Source of the DNA: Adineta vaga
Taxonomy: Eukaryota; Animalia; Rotifera
Direction of reading: 5' to 3'
Assembly (NCBI GenBank): GCA_021613535.1
Contig: CP075497.1
Location: forward strand, 8,618,001 to 8,682,000
DNA length: 64,000 nucleotides
Each line of letters starts with the position of its first letter. Within the stretch, counting starts at the first letter, position 1. Positions 51,230-64,000 of the stretch are shown one piece after another. A program made the translations under genes and the position numbers. The notes under the pieces were generated by a model. It saw only the letters and a program-made list of their open reading frames with translations. It did not search any database and was not told the DNA's origin.

Positions 51230-52412
51230 TTTTAATACGAACTATCGAGAGACTTAACTCACGAAACAAACTATACAATGAGAAGAAAAATAATGGATAT
51301 CTAACGAAGAAAAATGAGCTCCTTTTCAACTGAAAATTTTTAAGGAAATGGGAGTAAATATCAGGTGCAATATGTTTTGATTAGAATCGACCTTGTAATA
51401 GTTAAAAGTAATAAAAGTACATATATAGAATTGAAATAAGACCATGTGAATCCTATACAACTGTATGAGATATGCGTAGGTTCTTTTTTATTATCAAGGA
51501 GAGCAGAAAGATTTCTATTAATATATCGTGACTACGCATATTAGAAAGAAGAAAAAACAGTAATACAAAGTCCTTCTCGAATTTAATCAAAATTTTTAGT
51601 CTAGAATCAACCAACACTTTTGAAAGATTCAACTAAAAAGAAGTTTGTCATAACAAATGTTAATTACAATAGTACTTTATCACTTCTACTAATTTCACAG
51701 AAGATATTCTCTTTGTGACTAGATGATTTCGTATTTATAGAGTTTTTTTTTCATCTATCAGATATCCATCTCGTTCCGATTGAATAAACGGATATATAAC
51801 TGATGTAATAATATATTATACGACTTGAACTAAAACTGTTTTTTTTTCTCTCTCTATATTTATCAATGGATGAAAAATCGTGACTGTGTACAAACAATAA
51901 CTGAAAATGCAAAATTGATTTTAAATATGGATATCACTAGATCATTTTTTTAAGCCAATATAAATTACTTTTGTTCGTTTGTTATTACAATTATACAATG
52001 GAAAAGCAGTGAAGCAAAGATACAAAAATAATATTCTCATGTTTCTCTACTCTTCATCAAATAGACCATTGAATACTGATGTTCTCAAGCCATAATAAAT
52101 CATTTCATCTGTCAATTTGTTTTTCTTTTAACTTTTTCAAAGACTTAAAAGTGAAAATTATGATTGTTAAGAAAAACTTTCGTTCATATTTATTTCCCAT
52201 TAAATTAACTTCTCTAGGCAAACATCATGCAAATAGATATCTTAGGAATAGTTTTCAGCCAATTAAAAATTCTTCTCGTCTCTATTGACAAAATCGGCAC
52301 ATGAGAATTTTAAATTTTTGTTTTGTACTTTCTTTTCTCGTCGATCGTTCACTTCAAGAAGACATTTACTATGACATACGCACATTGATTTAATATATCA
52401 GAATAACTTCAT

Positions 52413-55404
52413 ATGGACTCGAATGATACAGATATTCAACAGAATCCTCAACTTGAAAATGACAATATGGCCGATGAAATGATGAATAATGAACTTTCTA
52501 CTGAGTTAAAAGATCCAGTAGAGATTAAACAAAAGATAAGAAGTAAATCTTCTCAATCAAAAAAACCAAAATCAAATGTAAAGAAAACGACGAATAATAC
52601 ACCATTAACAGCAAATGGGACATTAAATTTACTTCTTCCGACAATGATCTCGACAAGAACTGAAGATAATTCTGGAGTTAAACGTTCAGTAACAGTCGAA
52701 ATAAGTTATGCACGATCAAATCTTGATGTTATTCGTTTATGTTTACGAGAATTAAAATGGAAAGAAGTAAATATATCATCTCATCTATATTCTCAAAATC
52801 TGCTTTTCTCTAAAAGGTTTTCTCTGGTACAACTCTTGATCCTGATATTTATTGGCATTCAACATCATTTCATGATGGAAATATTAATTTCGCATATTCC
52901 ACTGGTCGAGTGAATAAATTTCCTGGTAATTTGTTTTGCTCACAGATACTAATTATTGTCTTTTCATTTAGGTATAAATGATTTATTACGTAAAGTTCAT
53001 TTAACACGTTTATTAAATAATATGAGATTATTATTTCCGAATGAATATGATTTTTATCCCAAAACATGGTTTCTTCCGGAACAAAATCAACAATTTAAAG
53101 ATGATATACGTTATATACATCAATTAGATGAAAAATATAACCGACGATTAACAACATTTATTGTTAAACCATCAGGTAAATAAAAAGAAAATTTTCAATC
53201 TTTATTCGTTATTTATTTTATTAACTTTAGATGGTTCACAAGGTGAAGGCATCTATTTAATTCGAGATGCATCTCAAATTACTACTACTACAAAACGTGC
53301 ACATGTTGTTCAAGGTTTGTTTTTCTTTTCAAAATCTTGAGTGTTTATTTTGATCATGTTTAGAATATATTGATCGACCATTATTAATTGGCGGTCTTAA
53401 ATTTGATTTACGAATTTATGTTCTAATTTTAAATCTTTATCCCTTGGAAATTTATCTTTACGATGAAGGACTTGTTCGTTTTGCTACGATTGATTATAAA
53501 GCTCCGTCAAGTGATAATCTTCATGAGACATATATGCATTTAACCAATTATTCGTTAAATAGACGGAGTATTCATTATAAACATACAGTGAATGATAAAC
53601 AAACAGATGGAAGTAAACGTAAATTAAGTCTTGTTTGGAATCAATTAAATGGAATCTATGGAAATGACAAAATTGAACGTACAAAAAGTTTAATTCGAGA
53701 ATTAATCAATCGAACAATGTTAGCAGTCGTACCTGAACTTCGTGTTGAATATGAGTTTCAATTACCCTTAAAGAAAAATCCAAATATTTCCTGTTTTCAA
53801 GTATTGTATTATTAAATTGAAATATTTGATAAAGATCATTTTTTTTTCTTGTAATTGTAGATCATTGGTTTTGATATTATCTTAGATAATCAAGTGAAAC
53901 CAATTTTATTAGAAGTAAATGCAAATCCTTCACTTCGAATCGATTTTGATAAAGACAATGATGATGGTAATAGAAGAAGTTTAATTACATTTGATATATT
54001 TATTTTGTAGGAAAAATCGTTTGTCAACCGAGTCTGATTGATGAAGAAATAAAAAAACCTTTAGTTTTAGAAACACTTAAATTAGCATTACCAAAGAAGA
54101 AATTAGATACAATGTAAGTTAATTTCTTGTTTGATTAAAATTTCAATTGAAATTAATCTAGTGCTCGTCATATTAAAAATCAAGCGAATGAGAAACTTAT
54201 AGCTGAACGAGTAGAAAAACTTGCTCAACGTCGTGTCGAAGAACGTAATGAAAAAATGAAAAATGCACGACAAAGTCGTTTTGATCTGAGATTAAATCCA
54301 TATTTTTCTCGGCCATTGCCCATGAAACCCAAACAATCGATTCTTGAACAACAAGAACAATCTGGAAAAGAATCAAAAGTTCTCGATGTTTCGTCATCAC
54401 AACCAATTATACCTATTCAATCGACTGAAAATACATCTCCATACGCATTATTCAACAATGAATCAACAAAACCTACGAGAAAAATCGGAAAACGTTTGAA
54501 AAATGTACGTTATTCCAATGATGATGAAAGTAGTTCAATGGTTACAACTATGATTGACACATTTTCATCATTAAATCTTAAACAAACGTCTGTTACATCT
54601 GGAACATTCGTTTCTCAAGCAACACGAACCGATATGACGGCTATAACAACAATCGAAAAGTTGAAACTTATATTTTCACCAAGCCATCAAAAAGAATATG
54701 AACATTTGTTTATTATTGATAAAATCGGTGATATTTTTATTCGACTAGTCATTCTTACAGGTTGTAAATTCATGACTGGTGGACAATTTAGAAATTTTGC
54801 AAGGTAAGATACACTTTCTTCCATAATTTTTTAGATTTTTTATTGGAGTGATTAAATAGTCTATGCGAAGTTATTGTTGAAAGTATAACATCATCAACTA
54901 TCGATATTTTATATTGTAAACTACTTAAAAAATGGCAACAATTTGTTTTACGAACAACATTAACAGGTCATTATTTTAATGATATGAGAGAAGAATTTTA
55001 AGATTAACGAATAAAAATGTATATTGCAATTTCTAGGATTACCATTTACAGCATTTATTGAAGCATGTTTTATCTTTTCACAATGGAAATTTCCTAGTGC
55101 TCATCATCTACTCGAAAGTGTTAATTGTTTAATAAATATTTGTACTGAACGATTAAATTCAAATTCTCAAATCGATCAGAATATACTTCGTCAAAGCACA
55201 ACAAATTACAATACAATAGGTTCTTCATCATTAAACCTTCGTTCTAGTTCGAGTAATCTTCGTTCATCAACAACAATACCAATGCGTCGTTCCATGACTA
55301 GAAATTCTAATCAACAGATTCTTACTGTGAATGAAAAAACACGACAAAGGACATCAACACAATCAGCAAAAAGTGTTTTTCCTCTATTTTTCGATGTCTT
55401 ATAA
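52413..55404 (+). CDS. TTLL11: Tubulin polyglutamylase TTLL11-like, about 10 exons
   Basis: VNKFP|G; FYPKTWFLP; FIVKPS|DGSQGEGIYLI; VVQ|EYIDRPLL; KFDLRIYV; MHLTNYSLN; CFQ|IIGFDII; LLEVNANPSLRID; C-terminal FRNFA..IDILY segment as in TTLL11. Confidence 0.85.
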
Positions 55405-55903
55405 ACTTTTCTTCAGAATCTAATTAAATAAGATTTATATAAACCTCTAACAATCAAAATTTGGAATTCTTCTAGGAACAATAATATTAACCATCATTTG
55501 CAATTCATTCGAGTAATAATTCTCTTTATTGATCCTTCTGCATTAGAGCTATGAACACTCAGACATACAAGATAGATCTAATTAGGCAAAGCAAATGGGT
55601 GTGATGCATTTTTTTTTTCTCAGTAAGTCAAATGTCGAGAGAAGCAGTATGAAGAAGAATAATAACAAAACGAACGAAATGAGATTGCACGAATGGTCCA
55701 CAGCACATCAAGCAAAAACGAGGAGAAGAAGGAAAAAGTTTTACAAGAAAGAAACGAGTGAAAACAAAACGTTTTTGGTTAATCTTTTGTTTGCTTCAGA
55801 TTTTAGAATCTAACAGTACAAGTAGAAAATAATGAGATTAGGTATATTGCACAGCAACAAAAACAAAAACGGGAGAGACAAAACAAATCCATTCAATAAT
55901 TCT

Positions 55904-57046
55904 TCATATGGCTGATGATGCAGCGACCATTTTCTCTAATTGATGACATTTATTTCGTTCATCAGCTAATTTTTCTAATTTGAAAAAAAAAAGAATAACA
56001 TAGAATGAATTTTAAGTTGACAAAGAAAATACCTTTGAGTTTATCAGCTTTAAGTTGTAATTTACCAACATCACTTTCTGCTTCATCGGTACGTTGTTGA
56101 GCCTAAATAGAGAATACATTTGAGTAGAAGAAAAAGTTATTCAAATAAATATTCTTACTGATTTAAGTCGAGCTTGAATATCTTCAATTGTTTTTCGATA
56201 TTTATCCTCTGTTCCATGTGCCTAAAATTTCAGTTTTTTTCTTTATAGAAATCAATTCGAATAAATATCTGTGTATTTAATACTTTTTCTTCAGCTTGAA
56301 GTAATGATTTCATTTCAACATACGCATGACGAATATCTTTTTCAAGATTCGTAATTCGTCTAGAAGTAAGTCATAGAGAAATTCATTATTTCCATTGATT
56401 AAACTTACTGTTCTGCATTAGATGATCGACGTTCAGTTACTTCGAAGCGTTCTTGTAATTCATTCAATTTACCAGCAGTCTATTGAAAAGTAAATCTAAT
56501 TTTCAGTTCTATTCAATCAAGATTGTTTACCTCTTGAAAACGTTTATCTGTCTCTATACTACATTCTTTTGCTTTTCTTAATTCATCGTCTAAATCAATT
56601 TCTTTATCTTTAACAGTTGTTAATTTAGTTTCAAGATTTGCACAAACACTAAAAATAAATCGTTTATCTTTATTTACGACGAAAGAAAAAAGAACAATTT
56701 CTTCTTACTGTCGAGCAGCTTCAGATACTTTAATAACTTCGATTAATTGTGTTGTAACATGATTAACCCGAGCTGTTGTATTGTCTAAATTAACTTCGAC
56801 TAATTGTACTTGACGTCGTAGATGTGCTGCTTCAGATTCAGCTTCAATTCGAGATTGAAGTTCTTTTTCTAATTCCGTATTAACACGTCGATGTTCATCA
56901 CGATTTGTTTCTAATTCTTGAAATAAATTTACAATTTTTTCTCGGACAGTTAACGGTTGTTGTTGTTCTTGTTGTTGTTCTTGTTTAGAAAGATCCTTTA
57001 ACAATGTTTCAGGCATCGTTGGTTTAACATCAATCGCGCTTGACAT
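55904..57046 (-). CDS. Divergent tropomyosin-like coiled-coil protein, 7 exons
   Basis: EAESEAAHLRRQVQLVEVNLD matches the tropomyosin AESEVAALNRRIQLVEEDL motif. Later exons read RITNLEKDI..EMKSL..AEEK|A..TEDKY..TIEDIQARLKS|AQQRTDEAESDVGKLQ in tropomyosin register. Confidence 0.8.
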
Positions 57047-57182
57047 TCTCAATAAAACAATAATACACAAAACAACTTCGATGGATTGATGAGAGAGGTC
57101 AGATAGTTGTTTATTCTGGTATCGATCGATCGATCATCGACGTCGTCGTTCTTCTTCTTCTTCTTTCCCAAATTAGGAACAG

Positions 57183-57248
57183 CCAATGAAACGATTTCTT
57201 AGCGACATCTATCTTCTATCGTCGCTTGGAGATATAATACTTAGCAAC
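57183..57248. promoter_or_regulatory. Bidirectional promoter core with CCAAT box and three RFX X-box-like sites
   Basis: 261-nt spacer between divergent ATGs (57046, 57308). CCAAT 57183; ATTTCTTAGCGAC 57194-57206; GTCGCTTGGAGAT 57221-57233; ATACTTAGCAAC 57237-57248. Confidence 0.5.
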
Positions 57249-57307
57249 AGTTTTAACTAACCACAAAAATGGTACAGAACATTTCGATAGTTTTTCTAGA
57301 TTAAAAC

Positions 57308-60300
57308 ATGTCGAAAGAAGGATCACCAAGAGACAAAACAAAAGATGAATCAGCATCAAGTACGAATTAATATATCATATCAATTGTTATAATTGATGTC
57401 TTTGTTAACTTTTTAGTGCATCAACCCATGTCTGCTATGGATGCTGGATCCGTAGATACTCATAGTAAATAAAGAAAGAATTCTTAATTGATAAAAAAAG
57501 ACGTTCGTTGTATATCTGTAGATACACCCGATGCTAATACAAACGAAGTTTTGAACGTGGATAATGAATCTGATAATGCTCATTCAGTAAAAAGAACGAC
57601 TCAGGATAATAATGCAGAAGATGAAGAAGAAGAAAATCAAAATTCAGCTCAAGCCGATCAAGATGAAGGTCAAGAAGAAGTGAATACTACGAATACTGAT
57701 AATGAAAATCAAGATATTATTGAAAAACCTCAACCTGATAGTCCACCAAGACTTCCAGACACATTCTATTATGATGCTGAAGAAATTCAAGCTAAACCAT
57801 TAACAACAGATGAAAAAACATTTCCACAAAATACATTATCGATGTAGTAAGTAGAATATCACCGTCATCATAAAGAACAGTTACTGACGAACTATTCTAG
57901 TCGATCATTTGGTTATGATTGCAATAAACGTGGCAATTTATATATACTAGATAATAAAACAATTATGTTTGCTGCTGGTTGTATTCTTGAACTTATCGAT
58001 TTGGCAAGTGGTGAACATAAATATATTCGAACTGTTGGTGGTTATAGTATTGGTGCATTAGTGGTAAGTTGAAAATCTCTAGAAATATTAGATTGTATAT
58101 ATTTTTTTAAATAAATACAAAGGTTCATCCCAGTAGACAATATTTTGCTGTTGGTGAAAAAGGTCATATGCCAAATATAGTTATTTATGAATATCCATCG
58201 TTAAGACCGTATCGAATATTGAAAGGAGGAACACAACGATCGTATGCTTATTTGGATTTTAAGTAAGTTAAAAGATTGAATATAGAAGAACGAGAAATGA
58301 ATTTATATCGTTTGTATTTAGTGCTGAAGGTGATTTATTAGCATCGTTGGGTGCAAGTCCAGATTATATGTTGACAATCTGGGATTGGCGTGATGAAAAG
58401 ATTTTATTACGAAGCAAAGCTTCTTCACAAGAAGTTTTCAAAGTATCATTTTCAAAAGATTTAAAAGGACATTTAACAACATGTGGTATTGGTCATATTA
58501 AGTAAGATTTGTATATCGCATATTCTATCTACAATCATTGAGATTCAAACTAGTTTGATTGTATATAAAACTTTTTATATCCTAGATTTTGGAAAATGGC
58601 TCGAACTTTTACTGGTTTGAAATTACAAGGTGAATTAGGTCGGTTCGGTCGAACAGAAATTTCTGATATTGAAGGTTATCGTGAATTACCTGATGGCAAA
58701 GTAAGTTATCATATTTTCATGAAATTAAATCTTCTAAATTAATTTTAGGTGATATCTGGTTCTGAATGGGGTAATATGTTATTATGGGATGGTGGTTTAA
58801 TTCAAATCGAAGTATGTCGAACAAAAGGCAAACCATGTCATAATGGTCCAATACAACAAGTCCTTCTAAATGAAAGTGATGTGTATACAGTTGGTGAAGA
58901 CGGTTTCGTACGTGTTTGGGATTTTGAAACGATTGATACAGCGGAAGCAACCGATGAAGGATCTAAAATGGAAATGGATCCATTGAATGAATTACGAGTT
59001 GGAACAGATAGTAAATTAATGGGAATTACACATGGCGTAGCTGATGATATGAGTGTTTGGTTTGCTCAAGTAAGATTCGTCTTCAATAAACTTTTTATTA
59101 TTTTGATTTGTTATTTGTATAAATAGGATGCTAAAGGATATATTTGGAAATTAGATTTAACATTCTCAAAAAATAGTACAGCACCTGAAATTATCCTTTC
59201 ATTTATGTCAGGCGCTGTTACTGGTCTCGATGTTTCATCTGTTTATAATATTTTTGCTTCTTCCGCTGGCAATTGTAAGTTCAACAAGATATATGCATTG
59301 TTCTCATTTTACTTTTTCGTTTATCTAGCAATTCGAATAAATCATATCGTGTCACAAGATTTATTATCTCAACGAATATTCTCTGCGAATATAACAAGTC
59401 TAAAATGGCTGCCTAGTGTCGTAAGTTAAATGAAATACTATTCTTTCACATATATCTCTTATTTTTCTCTTGTTTTCAGTTTAATGAAAAATCTGATGGT
59501 GTATTAGTTGGTTTTTCTGATGGTATTATTCGATATTTAAAACTTCGTTCAGGAAGTAAACCAACAGGAAATGAAAAGAAACTTGAATTTGATTTAAAAA
59601 TGATGCAAGTGTTAAAACCACATACCAAAGCGATTACTTTTATTACGTTAGATGTTAAAAATCAATGGGTTGCTACTGGAGTTCGTTGATGATTTCGATT
59701 AATTCTTTACGATCATTTCTTTTTTTTTTCATTATTTAGAGTTCTGATGGCACAGTATTCTTCTTTAATTTCACACCCAAAGGTTTGAATCCAATTGGTT
59801 TCGTTAACGTTAAAGAAGAAATTACTTTTATGACATGGACACCTGCACAATATGTAAGAATTTTTGACAACTAGTAAATGTAAATTTCTTGGTACAACTT
59901 TTTAGGAGAAAACACGTCTTCTTGTTTGCTTGAAAACGGGTGTTATTTATGAATTTGAAGGTCCAAGTGGTATTAAATTCGATACATCAATATCATATCT
60001 AATTGAAGCACAATTACCCGTACGAATATTTCGTTTTCGCAGTATTAAATCTCGATTACGAGTAAGAAAATGAATTGTTATGTATAGAATTTTGATGTGT
60101 TTGTTTGCAGCATGAAGAAGAACTTGAACGTAAACGAAAAGAAGAAGAAGAACGACAAAAGAAATTGGAAGAAGAAAGACGTTTACGTGGCATCGAGAAA
60201 AAAGAAAAAGGTAAATTCATATCTTTTGTTTTATGGTTATCATCATTATTGGACAAATGAATCAAACTGGATTGTCTTCTTGTTTTCAGAAGGTGAAAAA

Positions 60301-63300
60301 ACTGATCGACCAACTGAACCAGAAGAAGAACAACAACCAGAAGAAGATGATTGGAAACCATATATACCTGAAACTCCTAATGCTGCTCTATTTGCTGTTT
60401 ATACATCACCAGATACATTCTGGCTATCGATGGTTAGTCATCGTATGAACAAAGGTTTTTCATTCATTATTTGTTTATTTAGGATGATTATGATGCTGGA
60501 TATTTATATCATTGTCAATTTGGTAATAAAGATGATCGTTTTCAATACAATATGGATCGACAAGATGCCATCATTGCTAGTTTACCTGTACCAAATACCG
60601 ATCCAGCACATGGTGAAGATATTCCATTAACTAGTGTTCTCGTCAAGTATTTCAATGCACTTTTTCTTTCATATTCAAAAAATGAAATTCATTTTTGCGT
60701 TTTTAGAGAAAAATTAAACTTAATATTTGTTGGTTTGAAAAATGGTTTCATACGTGTTTATCCATACGGTGGAAAGCAAATCTTTCAATCACTCGAAGAA
60801 TATTGGACACGTGGAGCACATGATAGTGAATACGGCATTGTCACTCATTTAACTGTCTCCTATGATGATCGATTTGCTTTATCTGGTGGTGCTGATGGTA
60901 ATATATTTGGTTATGTTATCAAAGGTGATAACAATGCTGTTCAAGAACATAGTGAAATACCAAAAATGCCAGCATTTACGGTAATAAAGAAGAGGAAAGA
61001 AATCATCATTTGTTTTTGTATATGAATAGGGTGAAGTTGAAGCAGATGATATAACTGAACCAAGTCATTATTCGATCGAGGAAGATAAACAAAAAGCTGA
61101 ACAAGATAAATTGAAAAAGTCAGCTGAAGGATTGAAAAGTGAAATGAGACAACAAATCGAAGCTTTAAGAGGCAAATTTCGAAGATTATTAAATATCAAT
61201 GATCAATTACCAGCTGATTTGAAAATGCCTCGTCAAGTAAGTTGGATAAATGAAAAAAAATCTTTTCTTCAATAAAAGAACAAAACTGAATTTTTTATTG
61301 TATAGAATTTTATACTCGATGAAAATATTCGACAAAATTTTCAAGCTGAATTGAAAGAAAAAGTTGATCAATCTGTTAAAGAATTAGCATGGGAATCAGA
61401 ACGTTGTTCAATTGCACTGAAAAAACTGGAACAATGGTACTGAGAATTCTCTTTGAATTATGAACACTATTTTGAATTGTAGGTTTGTTGATCCTGTTGC
61501 ACAAGATATTGTTTCTATCAAAAGTTTTGATAATCAATGGGAAGTCAGCACATTTCGTACTATTGGTATGATGATTGTCTTGTATTTTAACAATAGATTC
61601 GATTAATTTTCTTTAGAATTACCAAGTGATTTTGAAGCTATGCAAGAAGAAATCGAACGACAAAAAGCTATGTTACTTGCAAAAACTAAACGAAAAGAAA
61701 CACTTGAAACTTTAGGTAAAGATTTCCACTGAAAATAGATCATCGATTTCTATATTTGATTTGTATAGATGATAGAAATGGTGATTATCGTGGAGTACAA
61801 ACAGCTGATTCGAAAATATCTACAACAAAATTAAAAGGTGCTAAAGCAATGCGTGTCGAACGTTTATTACGTAAAATGGAAGAACGTGCTCGACGAAGAC
61901 AAAAACGCAAAGAAGAAGTAAGACTCATTGAATTTTGATGTTTGTAATTGAATGAATGCTTTCTTTGATTAGTGGGGAATACTTTATAATAAGAAAAAAC
62001 CGGAAGGATATGATGATCCAACTGAAGTTGAAAGTATTCGTTTTGCACGGGAAAATATGGGTAATTATTTCTTAAAAACAGCACCCGATTATGTCGTACC
62101 AGCTGATCAACGATTGACAGTTCTTCGAGCATTGGAACGAATTATGAAGATTCGACTTGCAGTAAGTATAAAATCAGATGTTTTATGAGCAATAAGATTA
62201 TAGAAAATATAATCAATCTTTTGTTTGTATTAGACATATACTTATAAAATGGAATTTAATAAACGTATTCTCGATCTTATTGAACGTAAACGCGTTCTTA
62301 CAGAACAAATCAATGCTGATTATCAATATTTACGTAATCTTGGTAAAAATCAAACAAATGCTAATGAATTCTTCAATATTCCTCTTCTGCCCGAAAATGA
62401 AAACGGTGAAACAAAGTATAAATCAATTAAAAAAACAAAACATTGAAATTATTCTTTCCAATTTCATTTTCTCTTTAGTCGTTTTCAATTTACTCGCGAA
62501 GAAATTCAAGCATTTCGTGAAGAACATGAACAACGTAATGGTGATTTAACACGACCTGATGATGATTCATCCAATCCAACAACATCAAAACAATCATCAT
62601 TAAAACGTCCACTAGATCTTCGTTGGTCTGTCAATTTAAAAGAAGTACTACCATCGAATCTTTCTCATCAAACAATGTCTGAATCAATACCGATCGATGT
62701 TTTACGACAAGCAAAAGATTCCAATTCATTTACACATCGGTACGTAATAAATGATGAATTAATGAAATATTTCCATTTATTTTAGATTATATTTTGAACG
62801 TGATCAAATACTAAAGAATGTCCAAGAAAAAATGCGTCTATTTGATCAAGATGTTTGTCTTTTATATTATCTTAAAACTATTAAAACTTTACGAGTGAAA
62901 GAAACTGATCTTCGGTACGAATTTTCTTTCATTATCTTGATAGATTTCACTCTTAGTCTTTTCACAAAAATAGATGTATTACATTCTATGAAGAATTAAT
63001 GTTGACAAAAGAATTTGAACGAACAGAAAATGAATTAGAAAATAAAGTTTCCGAAGCACAAAAACGATTTGATACTGAACAAGCAAAAGTAAACGAAAGA
63101 ATCCTTCGTGTTTATAAGACATTTCTTTTTCTATATGAAATTTTAGATGAATGAATTTCAACTAAAAGTCGATGCCAAAAAGAAAGATATCGACATTTTA
63201 GATGATCGAATGAAACAACTCTATGGAACATATGATGAAATGATACCAAAAGAACATAAATTTTATAATTATCTTTTACGAGTATTGAACAAAAAGATCA

Positions 63301-64000
63301 AACGAAAGAAACGTGTCGAAGGAGAAGAAGGAGACGGTATGTAAACAAGATTGTATATCTGATATTTCTATGTAAATTCCTGGGATTATTTAGATGCGGA
63401 TGATATGTCACAAGATTTAGATGATGATGATGATTGGGAATTAGAGGATGATGATGATGATGAAGATTTAACAAATACAGATCCAACTCGACAACTTGAT
63501 GTGGATATCTGTCCACCTAATCTTGATCAAAAACTATATGATGAAGTTGTTGCTTTACGTGAAAAACGACTTGATCTTGGTAAGAAATTTTTCTCTATTA
63601 ATCTTCGAGATAGAAAAAAATATTGATTTTTAACTATTTGTAGAAGAAGTAATCGTTGATGAGAAAGGTGTTCTTCAATCTTTACAACAAACATTTGGAC
63701 AAACGCAAATCTATATGAATAAAATTGATGCTGAATTGAAAACGAAACAAAATGATCTTCTTGATTTTCAAGTAATATCAATTGATAATAATTGAAAACG
63801 AATCTTTTTTTCTCCTTTATCTAGAGAAAAAAACAACAAAAGATCAATAATATTAATGTGGCTGTTGGTCTTCGTTGTAATCAAATTCGTTATGATCATT
63901 CGACTTATTTACCGGATGATCTATCTGATTGTTTGATATTTAATAAGAAGAGTAAAACAGATTTAACTAATCGTATTGTTGATGTTAAAACGGAAATTAA
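57308..64000 (+). CDS. CFAP44: Cilia- and flagella-associated protein 44 (WDR52), partial, runs off the right edge
   Basis: Acidic N-terminus and [12 protein letters not shown]; WD40s with [17 protein letters not shown]; [21 protein letters not shown]; ELPDGK|[18 protein letters not shown]; C-terminal coiled coils with [13 protein letters not shown] and [14 protein letters not shown]. Confidence 0.93.

Noticed and set aside
51318-51326. AAAGGAG Shine-Dalgarno-like relic upstream of hss
   Set aside because: About 90 nt from the GTG, far outside bacterial spacing; likely chance.
55810-55912. Possible frameshifted extension (YEELLNGF...) of the tropomyosin C-terminus
   Set aside because: The existing stop at 55904 already falls about where tropomyosins end.

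Overview
AT-rich eukaryotic (metazoan) genomic DNA with dense genes and mostly 45-70 nt GT-AG introns. Animal genes sit beside bacterial-type genes, two of which carry spliceosomal introns, which suggests a bdelloid rotifer (inference, not proven). I can support about 17 protein-coding loci. In order: an unknown low-complexity gene running off the left edge, a bacterial-type ACT-domain protein, two related four-TM proteins flanking a TerB-like gene, TFAP4, an unknown possibly secreted protein, BIN3, DMXL/rabconnectin-3 alpha, RPL3, a Regnase/ZC3H12-like gene, YJU2, TRIP12, a bacterial-type homospermidine synthase, TTLL11, a divergent tropomyosin and CFAP44 (runs off the right edge). No rRNA, tRNA, CRISPR or intact transposon was recognised. 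Best leads: (1) an intron-containing homospermidine synthase in an animal that appears to start at GTG; (2) an operon-like RPL3-DMXL-BIN3 array with splice acceptors just before the downstream ATGs; (3) a Regnase homolog that has lost most PIN catalytic aspartates and has a 1-nt frameshift; (4) an H/ACA-snoRNA-like element and a long hairpin inside RPL3; (5) a set of single-base reading-frame anomalies that need checking against raw reads. All family calls come from recalled motifs; no searches were run.
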